From assembly GCA_963813235.1 (NCBI GenBank), contig CAWEYF010000015.1:283003-347002 (forward strand): a stretch of 64,000 nucleotides of DNA. The letters run 5' to 3'. This document shows positions 50,101 through 57,710 of the stretch, piece by piece; the first letter of the stretch is position 1; the number at the start of each line of letters is the position of its first letter. This DNA comes from Candidatus Aminicenantes bacterium (GTDB taxonomy: Bacteria > Acidobacteriota > Aminicenantia > Aminicenantales > Saccharicenantaceae). Under the pieces are notes generated by a model. The model was not told where the DNA came from and did not search any database. It worked only from the letters and a program-made list of their open reading frames with translations. Made by a program: the position numbers and the translations under genes.

Positions 50101-52873
50101 CGTGCAGGCCCACGCTTACTGGCGCCTGAAAGGACTGGCGGTGGACCTGGTCATCTGGAATGAAGATCATGCCGGCTACCGACAGCTCCTCCACGAACAA
50201 ATCATGGGGCTCATTGCCGCGGGGCTCGAAGCCAACGTGACCGATCGACCCGGCGGCATCTTCGTAAGACCGGGGGACCAGATATCGAACGAGGACCGCA
50301 TTCTTCTCCAATCGGTCGCCCGGGCCATCCTTACCGACAGTCGGGGGACCCTGGCGGACCAGATCGACTGTCGCGGCCTTGTGGAGGAGTCCGTGCCGCG
50401 CCTGACTTTCGCCCGAACCCGCCGCACCGAGCCCCCGGCGGCCGCCGCCCTGCCTCGTCCCGATCTGCTCTTCTTCAATGGCCTGGGAGGATTCACCCCG
50501 GATGGACGCGAGTACGTCATCTCGACCGCGCACGGGCAAGCGACGCCGGCCCCGTGGGCGAATGTGCTGGCCAACCCGGACTTCGGAACCCTCATCTCGG
50601 AGAGTGGCCTGGCCTGCACCTGGAGCGAGAATGCCCACGAGTTCCGCCTCACCCCCTGGGGGAACGACCCCGTGGGCGACTCGAGCGGAGAAGCCTTTTA
50701 CATCCGTGACGAAGAGAGGGGCCACTTCTGGTCCCCCACACCGCTGCCCAGCCGCGGATGGATGCCTTACATCAGCAGGCACGGATTCGGATACAGCGTC
50801 TTCGAGCACACCGAGCGCGGCATCCGCTCCGAGATGTGGGTTTACGTGGCCTTGGACGCGAGGATCAAGTTCACAGTTTTGAAAGTGCGCAATGAGTGCG
50901 GCCAATCCCGCCGGCTCTCGGCTACGGGCTATGTGGAATGGGTGCTGGGAGATCTGCGGCCGAAATCGGCCATGCACGTGGTCACCGAGGTCGATCCCAA
51001 GAGCGGAGCGCTTTTTGCGCGGAACCCCTACAACACGGAGTTCGCCGACCGGGTGGCCTTTTTCGACGTGAACGATGCGAATCGGACCGTGAGCGGCGAC
51101 CGGACGGAGTTTCTCGGGCGTAACGGCACGATTCGGAGCCCGGCTGCCATGACTCGGTCGCGCCTTTCCGGCAAAGTGGGGGCCGCTTTGGATCCCTGCG
51201 CCGCGATCCAAGTCTCCTTCGAGCTGGCGGACGGACAGGAGCGTGAGTTCATCTTCACCCTCGGCGTAGGGCGAGACGCCAAGGACGCCGGCAATCTGGT
51301 CCGTCGCTTCCGGGGATCGGCTGCCGCGCGGGGCGCGCTCGAAGCGGTGTGGCAGCACTGGAACCACACCCTCGGCGCCGTGCAGGTGGAAACACCGGAC
51401 CTGTCCCTCAACGTGCTGACCAACGGCTGGCTTCTATACCAGACTCTGGCGGGCCGTCTTTGGGGGCGGATCGGATACTACCAGCCGGGGGGGGCCTTCG
51501 GTTTCCGCGACCAGTTGCAGGACGGGATGGCGCTCGTCCACGCGGCGCCATACCTTTTGCGCGAGCATTTGCTCCGCTGCGCCGCCCGTCAGTTCCCGGA
51601 GGGAGACGTCCAGCACTGGTGGCATCCCCCCTCGGGCCGGGGCGTGCGGACTCGCTGTTCCGATGATTACCTATGGTTGCCGCTGGCGACAAGTCGCTAC
51701 GTTCTCAGCACGGGGGACACCGGAGTGTTGGATGAGCCCATCCACTTTATCGAAGGCCGCCCGGTAAACCCGGAGGAGGACTCGTATTACGATCTGCCGA
51801 GCCGGTCGCAAGAAGCCGTCCCTCTCTACGAACACTGTCGGCGAGCCATCCTGAGGGGACTCAGATTCGGGGAGCACGGCCTTCCGCTCATCGGCTCCGG
51901 AGACTGGAACGACGGCATGAATATTGTGGGCGAACGCGGCAAGGGCGAAAGCGTCTGGTTGGGGTTCTTCCTATACGAAGTGCTCATGCGGTTCACGGAG
52001 CTTGCCCGTACCCGGGGTGACCTGCCTTTCGTCGAACGTTGCCAGAAGGAAGCGGCTCAAGTGCGCCGGAATATCGAGCAGAATGGCTGGGACGGCAAGT
52101 GGTACCGCCGGGCTTACTTCGACGACGGCTCACCCCTTGGGTCGGCGAGTAATCCCGAATGCCAGATCGATTCGATTGCCCAGAGCTGGTCGGTTCTATC
52201 CGGAGCGGGCGATGCCGAGCGTTCGCGTCTGGCCATGGAAGCGGTGGATCAGCGCCTCGTTCATCGGGACCATGGGTTGATCCAACTTTTAGACCCCCCG
52301 TTCGACAAGTCGAACTTGAATCCCGGCTATATAAAAGGGTACGTCCCGGGCGTGAGAGAAAATGGCGGTCAATACACTCAGGGTGCGGTCTGGGCGGCGA
52401 TGGCCTTCGCTGCCTTGGGCGACAGTCGGCGCGCCTGGGAACTGTTGGCCATGATCAACCCGGTGAACCATGCGAGATCTCCGGAGGAGATTGCGACCTA
52501 CAAAGTAGAACCGTACGTCGCCGCGGCTGACGTCTATGCGCTCCCGCCGCACACGGGCCGCGGGGGATGGACATGGTACACGGCTTCGGCCGGTTGGATG
52601 TACCGCCTGATCGTGGAATCGCTCCTGGGGCTGAGGCTGGAAGTGGACAAACTGCGTTTTGCCTCGTGCCTCCCGGCGGATTGGCCGGGATTCAAGGTGC
52701 ATTACCGGTATCGCGAGACGGTCTACCACATCGTCGTTCTCCAAACGCGTGCCGGAAACGGCGAAATGAGCGTGACCGTGGATGGCGTCGAGCGACCCGA
52801 CCGGGCGATTTTCCTTGTTGACGACCGCCGGGAACACTCGGTCGAGGTGAGGATACCCGCGGCACACAGCTAA
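44150..52873 (+). CDS. ndvB: cyclic beta-1,2-glucan synthase-like giant protein (NdvB/ChvB/Cgs family: GT84-like + glucoamylase-like middle + GH94-like phosphorylase)
   Basis: Single intact 2907-codon ORF with SD AAGGAG (44135-44140). N-terminal EWLLDNFYLIEEQI. TM clusters flank a GT-A domain with ITLDTDTQLPRDSA. Mid-region RTSPTNMGLALLANLSAYDFGY. C-terminal GH94-type GSGDWNDGMN and GVRENGGQYTQGAVW. Confidence 0.88.
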   Translation: MQVSRRAIRRTLLHLWARLRRSGLAQKLASTAPPLRSELFSSDQMMQHGKALAESHALSSGSAPDQLLARLAENEAVLIGTCQLLTEAVQTHRRIAPAGEWLLDNFYLIEEQIRTAKRHLPRGYSRELPRLLNGPSAGLPRVYDIALETISHGDGRIDLESLSSFVAAYQTVTVLKLGEIWAIPIMLRLALIENLRRVAARIAADRIDRNRADYWADQMTETAEKDPKSLVLVIADMARSSPPMVSSFVAELARRLQGQSPALASPLTWIEQRLSESGLTIKQLVQSENQQQAADQVSISNSIGSLRFLGAMDWREFVETMSVVEQVLREDPGGVYGKMDFGTRDRYRHIVEKIARSSPLSESEVARKAVQLAREGAAQKGSDERTAHVGYYLIDKGWRRLERTAEVRRSIPEVLRRVSDRFPLLLYLGTIALITAIFTGSLLAKAHAGGLRGWRLALIGLPLLLGASHLAVALANWLATLAATPRLLPRMDFSGGIPPESRSLVVIPTMLTSAQNIEDLVEALEVRFLANRDENLQFGLLTDYRDAREETIPDDEPLLRLARKGIEELNEKYRSVKGDTFFLFHRPRRWNPRERIWMGYERKRGKLAELNALLRGGSKDGFSLIVGDIAVLSNVKYVITLDTDTQLPRDSAWQFAGAMAHPLNRARYDEDKQRIDEGYGILQPRVAVSLPGMNRSRYARLCGSEPGIDPYTRVVSDVYQDAFGEGSFIGKGIYDVDAFERVLKGRFPENRILSHDLVEGCYARAGLLSDVLLYEEYPSRYSADVSRRRRWIRGDWQIARWMLPGVPGPGGSRLKNPLSGLSRWKILDNLRRSLVSAALTLLLLLGWTVLTPHWLWTLAVIGTVLIPPWMASILDLFQKPGDVLLRQHFAATVRAAGRRSAQAAFTFACLPYEAFFSLGAIGRTVARILLTHRRLLEWNPSGSADRQSRTNLAASWRTMWIAPALAIAAAVYLAFSRPAALGVAGPILGLWFASPAIAWWISRPLARRGTKLTADQALFLRKLARKTWAFFETFVGPEDHGLPPDNYQEHPNPAVGHRTSPTNMGLALLANLSAYDFGYISAGQLIGRTENAFRSMEALERHRGHFYNWYDTQSLKPLQPTYISTVDSGNLAGHLLTLRPGLLALPDRPILEARWFDGLSDTLRILVDAAGEAAPAQLGQLQKQLASASASRPTTLAAAQRTISQLAASAAAEVARSLDADPASQASWWAHAFARQCQDAVDELTFLTPWALLPISPNGLNNFRGLDEIPTLRELAGFEGKLLPAIEDRLGTEPIPEENERSSELRRLITQASRRAKERIAAIERLARQSGEMADMEYDFLFDKARHLLAIGYNVGERRRDSSYYDLLASEARLSTFVAIAQGKLPQESWFALGRLLTIAGGKPILLSWSGSLFEYLMPLLVMPTYEDTLLDQTYRAAVESQIAYGRHRGVPWGSSESGFNAIDVHLNYQYRAFGVPGLGLKRGLADDLVIAPYASVLALMVAPEEACLNLERLAAEGFEGKYGFYEAIDYTPSRLPRGKSNAVVRSFMAHHEGMSLLSLAYVLLDRPMQKRFQSDPLVQATTLLLQERVPKATATYSHAAESSDSRTTPNGVETPVRIFSSPNTSIPEVQLLSNGRYHVMITNAGGGYSRWKNMAVTRWREDSTCDNWGTFCYLRDLASGEFWSTAYQPTLKPSDHYEAIFSEAKAEFRRRDHDFDTHTEIAVSPEDDIELRRITITNHSHTHRTIDVTSYAEVVLASPAADALHPAFSNLFVQTEILRPQGAILCSRRPRSEGERAPWMFHLMAVHGADIGEISYETDRMQFIGREHTVADPQAMDGSAALSGSQGSVLDPIVAIRYRITLDPEASVTINIVSGIGETRSACLSFVGKYQDRRLADRVFDLAWSHSQVVLRQLNATEADAQLCGHLASSVIYANSSLRADASLLIKNRRGQSGLWGYSISGDLPIVLLQIGDPANIDLVRQLVQAHAYWRLKGLAVDLVIWNEDHAGYRQLLHEQIMGLIAAGLEANVTDRPGGIFVRPGDQISNEDRILLQSVARAILTDSRGTLADQIDCRGLVEESVPRLTFARTRRTEPPAAAALPRPDLLFFNGLGGFTPDGREYVISTAHGQATPAPWANVLANPDFGTLISESGLACTWSENAHEFRLTPWGNDPVGDSSGEAFYIRDEERGHFWSPTPLPSRGWMPYISRHGFGYSVFEHTERGIRSEMWVYVALDARIKFTVLKVRNECGQSRRLSATGYVEWVLGDLRPKSAMHVVTEVDPKSGALFARNPYNTEFADRVAFFDVNDANRTVSGDRTEFLGRNGTIRSPAAMTRSRLSGKVGAALDPCAAIQVSFELADGQEREFIFTLGVGRDAKDAGNLVRRFRGSAAARGALEAVWQHWNHTLGAVQVETPDLSLNVLTNGWLLYQTLAGRLWGRIGYYQPGGAFGFRDQLQDGMALVHAAPYLLREHLLRCAARQFPEGDVQHWWHPPSGRGVRTRCSDDYLWLPLATSRYVLSTGDTGVLDEPIHFIEGRPVNPEEDSYYDLPSRSQEAVPLYEHCRRAILRGLRFGEHGLPLIGSGDWNDGMNIVGERGKGESVWLGFFLYEVLMRFTELARTRGDLPFVERCQKEAAQVRRNIEQNGWDGKWYRRAYFDDGSPLGSASNPECQIDSIAQSWSVLSGAGDAERSRLAMEAVDQRLVHRDHGLIQLLDPPFDKSNLNPGYIKGYVPGVRENGGQYTQGAVWAAMAFAALGDSRRAWELLAMINPVNHARSPEEIATYKVEPYVAAADVYALPPHTGRGGWTWYTASAGWMYRLIVESLLGLRLEVDKLRFASCLPADWPGFKVHYRYRETVYHIVVLQTRAGNGEMSVTVDGVERPDRAIFLVDDRREHSVEVRIPAAHS

Positions 52874-53092
52874 CCCGGTTTGCAGACTGATCGTTCCAAG
52901 AAATCCCCGGGACCTGGCGATGCCTGTCCGCGAGGAGCTGCTGAACCCGGAAGGGGCCGAGCGCATTCTCTCCCGGCGGCACCTCAGCTCTTCAGGCGCC
53001 GATTCCCGGCTGTTGACGACGCCGCGCGGCCTGTAATATGAGACAGGCCCATCCCCCGTCCGGACTCGCCGTCGAGGGAAGATCGAGGCGGC

Positions 53093-53590
53093 TTAATCGA
53101 ACCGCTTGAGCTCGATGACGTTCTTGAAGAAATTCCCCGTCAGGATCCCGCTCCACTCGAGCTCATCGACCATCTTGCGGTTCAGGGCAAAATTCACGTA
53201 GGGCTTCCATTCCCCCGGAACCTGGGGATCATTGGTCGTCAGCTGGAAGACGACACGGTCCAAGGCCTTGAACTTCCCGTAAAGCGCCTCGATCTTGGGG
53301 CCCAATTCCCTGACCATGTCATCGTCATAATTCTTCATGTCGTCGTCGTAATAGCGGTAGGAAATGATCAGCTCGTTCGCGTCGCCGGTCACGTCCAGGA
53401 TCCCGGAAGTGTCCTCCCGCGCCTCGCCGAGGACGGGTCTTAGGACGTCGAGAGTGTACACTTCCTGCTCATCGACGGGTTTCAGTGCTTCACTCTTCTT
53501 CCCCTTGCAGGCTGCCAGAGATCCGACGATCATCAGGGCCAGCACGGCGATCCCGATGAGCTTCGCCGGACGAGATAGAGCGTTCCTCAT
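53093..53590 (-). CDS. hypothetical lipoprotein
   Basis: Start at MRNALSRPAKLIGIAVLALMIVGSLAAC (ATG 53590, with GGAGGA 4 nt upstream). Lipobox LAAC. Acidic, Asp/Tyr-rich mature part. No family recognised. Confidence 0.6.
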   Translation of the reverse strand: MRNALSRPAKLIGIAVLALMIVGSLAACKGKKSEALKPVDEQEVYTLDVLRPVLGEAREDTSGILDVTGDANELIISYRYYDDDMKNYDDDMVRELGPKIEALYGKFKALDRVVFQLTTNDPQVPGEWKPYVNFALNRKMVDELEWSGILTGNFFKNVIELKRFD

Positions 53591-53748
53591 GTAATCCTCC
53601 ATAAGAGATCCATATCGAGAGATACTTTAGGCGCTTTTTCGCAGGCTGTCAATCCCGTGGCCTCGCGCCGGGCGGCTCGATCAATAACCACGAAAAGCCC
53701 CAAAGATCGGCGCTCGAATCCGGCCGTTCGAGTCCCGATTTCGGGCGG

Positions 53749-53778
53749 TTGACAGCGCCCCCCCGGCCGCGGTATATT
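53749..53778 (+). promoter_or_regulatory. candidate sigma70-type promoter for the peroxidase/barrel pair
   Basis: TTGACA (53749-53754), 18-nt spacer, TATATT (53773-53778), then GAGGAGGG SD and ATG 53809. A CTCGAA-N8-TTCGAG palindrome (53713-53732) lies just upstream. Confidence 0.5.
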
Positions 53779-53808
53779 TTCATTCCAATTCTTTGAGGAG
53801 GGATCCGA

Positions 53809-54886
53809 ATGGGACGAAAAATCTTTCTGCTGGTCCTGACAGTTTGTCTATTCCGGGCCGGCTCGAACGCAGGCTCCGCCTCGGCCGACGATAAGACACA
53901 GCCCATCACCCAGGTCAACGTGCAGGTGCTCGGCCCCCAGCGGCTCGGCCCTTTGCCCCCCGTCATCGCCCCGCCGGGAAACCCGCCGTCGAGCCTGAAG
54001 ATCCACCTGGGAAAAGAGCTCTATTTCGACCCGCGTCTCTCGGCCGACGGCACGGTCAGCTGCGCCTCCTGCCATGATCCGGCCCTGGGCTGGTCCGACC
54101 AGGGCCCGACGAGCAAGGGCATCCGCGGCCAGCTCGGCGGCCGCCGGGCGCCCCCCGTTTCCAACGCTGCTTACAGCCCGCTGCAGTTCTGGGACGGACG
54201 TTCTCCGTCGCTTGAAGATCAGGCCAAGGGGCCGATCCAGAACCCGATCGAAATGGGCAACACCCATCAGGCGATGATCCAGACCGTGGGCCGGATTTCG
54301 GGCTACGTCGATGAGTTCAAGAGCCGTGTTCGGGGAGGGCCCGATCACCGTCGATCAGGTCGCCGACGCCATCGCCGCCTTCGAGCGGACGGTCGTCACG
54401 ACCGATTCGCGTTTCGACCGCTACGCCCGGGGCGACCATCAGGCCATGACCCCCCTCGAAAAGCAGGGGCTCGAGATCTTCAACGGCAAGGGGCATTGCA
54501 CCTCATGCCACTGGGGCCCTTACTTCAGCGACGGCCGCTTCCACAACATCGGCCTACCAGCCAAGGACCCCAAGAATCCCGACCTCGGGCGGTTCGCCGT
54601 GACCAAGAACCCCCTTGACATGGGAGCCTTCAAGACCCCCACGGTCCGCGACGCGGCCCGGCGCGCGCCGTACCTCCACGACGGGTCGGAAAAGACGCTC
54701 GAGTCGCTGATCGATTTCTACGACCTCGGCGGCGGCAAGGACCCCAACCTCGACCCGCTGATGGTCCCCCTGGGCCTGAGCAAGCTCGAGAAAACGGCGC
54801 TGGTGGCCTTCATCAAGGCCCTGGACAGCCTCAACCCGGAAGTCGCGGACGTCAAGCCGATCGCGCCGGCCAAATTGCATAAGTGA
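53809..54886 (+). pseudogene. di-heme cytochrome c peroxidase (CcpA/MauG family), one frame change
   Basis: Signal peptide. First heme site VSCASCHDP, then FWDGR. The frame switches at about 54325 (YVDEFK / AVFGEGPIT) into ORF 54311..54886. The second heme site is GHCTSCHWGPYFSD, and the sequence continues FKTPTVRDAARRAPYLHDGS. Confidence 0.85.
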
Positions 54887-54896
54887 GGAGGGAGCC

Positions 54897-56156
54897 ATGA
54901 GAAAAACACTGATCTCTTCCTTGGCCGCCGTTTTCGCCCTTCTCGTCCTCAGCCAGACGGCGCTGGCGATCCCGGCGTTCGCCCGGAAGTACGGCTTCAA
55001 CTGCAACATGTGCCACGTCGCGTTCCCCAAGCTCAACGACTGGGGCCAGCGCTTCCGCGACAACGGCTATCAAGTCCCCGGGCAGGCCGGCCTCGAAAAG
55101 ACCGTCTTCGAAACCGGCATCCCCCTTGCCGTGCGGACCAGCGCCGGATACAGCAGCTACGACGGAGGGGACGGGACGGCGGCCGGCTTCCACCTCTACG
55201 GCCTGGACCTGCTGGCCGCTGGCGTCCTCCACAAGAACATCTCGTTCTTTTTCGTTTACACCCCGCGCATCGATGAGCCGGCCGCGGATTTCTCCGGCCC
55301 GGGCTACGGGAACAATCCCGCCCAGCTCGCGGCCATCGAATCGGCCAACGTCGTTTTCAGCAACATCGTGCGGGACAAGCTCAACATCCGCGTCGGCCGC
55401 TTCGAGCCGGGCTTCCAGCTCCTCAGCTCCAAGCGCTTGTACTACCTCCTTCAGCCTTACGAGATATACAACTTCGCCGGCTCCCGGAACAGCTTTGATT
55501 TCTCGGCCAACCACATCGGGATCGAAGCCACGGGCCGGTTCAAGCCGGGCCTCAAGTACGCCCTGGGATACATCAATGGCACCGGCGGGAACCCCGATAA
55601 CAATAAGTTCAACGACCTCTATTTCGCCGCTTCGAAGACCTTCGGCCCGGGCGAGGGCCAATCGGCCGGACAGCGCTTCGGCGTCTTCGGATATCTCGGC
55701 TGGCAGCCGACCGATCTCAACCGTCAAGCGGTGTCGCCGTTGGGAGACACCAACGGCCGCGGCAACAGGAGCTTCACCCGAATCGGCGGCGACATGAGCC
55801 TGAACTGGAAGACGCTCAATCTCCAGGCCATGGCCTTCCGTGGCCGGGACAACAGGGCCTTCAACGAGGTCGACCCGACCAAGGGCTACGCCTTCTGGGG
55901 CGGGGCCGTCCAGCTCGACTGCGCCGCCCTGGCCAACAACCGCCTGGTGGCGTCGGTGATGTACAACTGGGTCCGCCCGCCGAGCTATCATGACATCGGT
56001 CCGGTGGACAGCTATTCCGCCCTCGCGCGCTACTATCTCGGGAGCTGGTCGGCGGTCAACATCGCCCTGCACGCCGAGTACACCCATCGGACGAGCGGGT
56101 CCATTCTCGTTCTGAAGGAAAACTTGTTCACGCTCCTTCTGGATTTCGATTTTTAG
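54897..56156 (+). CDS. predicted outer-membrane beta-barrel protein with an N-terminal single CxxCH heme-binding motif
   Basis: GGAGGGAG SD. Signal peptide ending ALA/IPAF. The mature N-terminus is PAFARKYGFNCNMCHVAFPKLNDWGQRFRDNGY. The remaining 370 aa or so have an amphipathic strand pattern and end ...LLLDFDF (terminal Phe). Starts 11 nt after the peroxidase stop. Confidence 0.6.
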   Translation: MRKTLISSLAAVFALLVLSQTALAIPAFARKYGFNCNMCHVAFPKLNDWGQRFRDNGYQVPGQAGLEKTVFETGIPLAVRTSAGYSSYDGGDGTAAGFHLYGLDLLAAGVLHKNISFFFVYTPRIDEPAADFSGPGYGNNPAQLAAIESANVVFSNIVRDKLNIRVGRFEPGFQLLSSKRLYYLLQPYEIYNFAGSRNSFDFSANHIGIEATGRFKPGLKYALGYINGTGGNPDNNKFNDLYFAASKTFGPGEGQSAGQRFGVFGYLGWQPTDLNRQAVSPLGDTNGRGNRSFTRIGGDMSLNWKTLNLQAMAFRGRDNRAFNEVDPTKGYAFWGGAVQLDCAALANNRLVASVMYNWVRPPSYHDIGPVDSYSALARYYLGSWSAVNIALHAEYTHRTSGSILVLKENLFTLLLDFDF

Positions 56157-56259
56157 GCGGTGTTTCGTCACCTCGAACGGGGGTGGTGGCCGGAGAGGGA
56201 TGCCGGGAGAGATCCGTGGCTTGAAGTTCGAGCGGGTCCTATAAGATTGAGCTTCTATC

Positions 56260-57710
56260 TCACATGTTCCTGTCGATGAACCCCTTCCGGAGGGTCATCC
56301 AGAGGATCTTGATGTCCAGGGCGAAGGACCAGTTCTGGATGTAATAGAAGTCGTACTCCAGCCGCTTCTCGATCGAGGTGTCCTGCCGCAGGTCGTGGAC
56401 CTGGGCCCAGCCCGTGATGCCGGACTTGACCTTGTGGCGGAGCATGTACTTGGGGATCTTCTCCGGGAACTCCTGGACGAACTCCGGCCGCTCGGGCCGC
56501 GGCCCGATGAGGCTCATCTCCCCCTTGAGGACGTTGACGAGCTGGGGGAACTCGTCGACGCTGTACTTGCGGAGGAACCGCCCGAGCCGGGTGATGCGCG
56601 GATCGGCGGTCCGCACATGACCGGGCCGGTCGCCTTCTCGGCGTCGCAGACCATCGTCCGGAACTTGTGGATGACGAAGCGGCGGCCGTCCAGGCTCACG
56701 CGCTCCTGGTGGTAGAAGACCGGCCCGCGGGAGGTCAGCTTGATCAGGACGGCGACGATCAGGATGAACGGCGCGAGGAGGACGAGGAGCAGGGCCGAGA
56801 CGAGCGATGTCGGTCGCCCGCTTGACGAGTCGGGCGCCCCCTGGAGCGGGACGTCGTCGACGGAGATGACCGGGAATCCGTCGAGGTCCTGGATGTTCGC
56901 CTTGAGGGTCAGGAGCTGGAAGAGGTCGGGGATGAGCCGGACGTGGACGGGATACTTGTCGATGATCTGGAACGTCTCGATGATCTTGGCGTAGTTGTGG
57001 AGGTCCAGGGCGACATAGACCTCGGAAATCCCGTATCCCTCGATGACGGGCCCGAGGTCGGCGAGCGGGCCCGAGGACGGCGATCCCGCCGTCGATCCCG
57101 ATCTCCGTCCCTTCGCGAGCTCGTCGTCCAGGAAGCCCAGGACCCGGAACCCGAGGTCCCGGAAGTCCGAAGAGCTTCTGGGCGACGGTCTTCCCCATGT
57201 CGCCCGCACCCACGATGAGGACGTTGGTCAGGTTCAGCCCGCGGGCGTAGCGGCGCTTCATGAAGAAGTAGATCTGGTTCCGGAAGATGAGGATCACGAA
57301 GATGACGGTCACGAAATAGACGGCCAGAAAGCCGTGGGAGAGCTTGAAGGTCATCCGGTAGATGGGGGCCTGCCCCTGGCTGTAGTTGTAGAGATAGTTC
57401 AGAACGGAGAAGACGACGAGGATGGTCAGGATGCCGTTGATGGAGACGTACAGGAAGTCGTCGATCCGGGCGCGCCGGAGCTTGCTCCTGTAGAAGCCCT
57501 GCAGGTAGAAGATCGCCGAGATGGACGGCCAGGAACAGGGGGAAGACCATGACGTACGACCGGAGCGGAGGGATGCCCCGGGCCGGGTCGACCGGGATGA
57601 TATAGGCGTAGAAGCGGAAGAGGTAGGAATAGAAGTAGGAGACGAGGATGGCCAGGCTGTCGCTGAGGACGAACAGCCCGATCAGCCGGAGCGCGTTTTT
57701 CCCTGATCAT
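56260..57710 (-). pseudogene. polyprenyl-phosphate hexose-1-phosphate transferase (WbaP/EPS priming sugar transferase), about 6 frame changes
   Basis: The C-terminal bacterial sugar transferase domain is clean (DPRITRLGRFLRKYSVDEFPQLVNVLKGEMSLIGPRPERPEF...GWAQV). The N-terminal TM region and the NAD-like linker (NVLIVGAGDMGKTVAQ; VLGFLDDE) are spread over three frames, with switches at about 57695 (A5 run), 57515, 57190, 57115, 57075 and 56625. The ATG at 57710 overlaps the upstream GT4 stop (ATGA). Confidence 0.85.

Noticed and set aside
44144-51367. Long minus-strand ORFs (44144..45904, 46001..46708, 46802..47863, 47927..48805, 49865..51367) opposite the giant synthase gene
   Set aside because: All are antisense to an ORF with multiple catalytic motifs. 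Their translations are Arg/Gly/Pro-rich and carry no motifs.
53713-53745. tRNA-like T-loop strings (TCGAATCC, GTTCGAGTCC) near the right island border, a possible tRNA remnant or att site
   Set aside because: The flanking bases do not form a T-stem or acceptor stem. The sequence instead folds as a simple CTCGAA-N8-TTCGAG palindrome followed by CCCGA-TT-TCGGG. No matching repeat was seen at the left border.
54852-56171. 439-codon minus-strand ORF opposite the CxxCH barrel gene
   Set aside because: It is antisense to a gene with an SD, a signal peptide and a C-terminal Phe. Its own translation is featureless and Val/Gly/Arg/Glu-rich.
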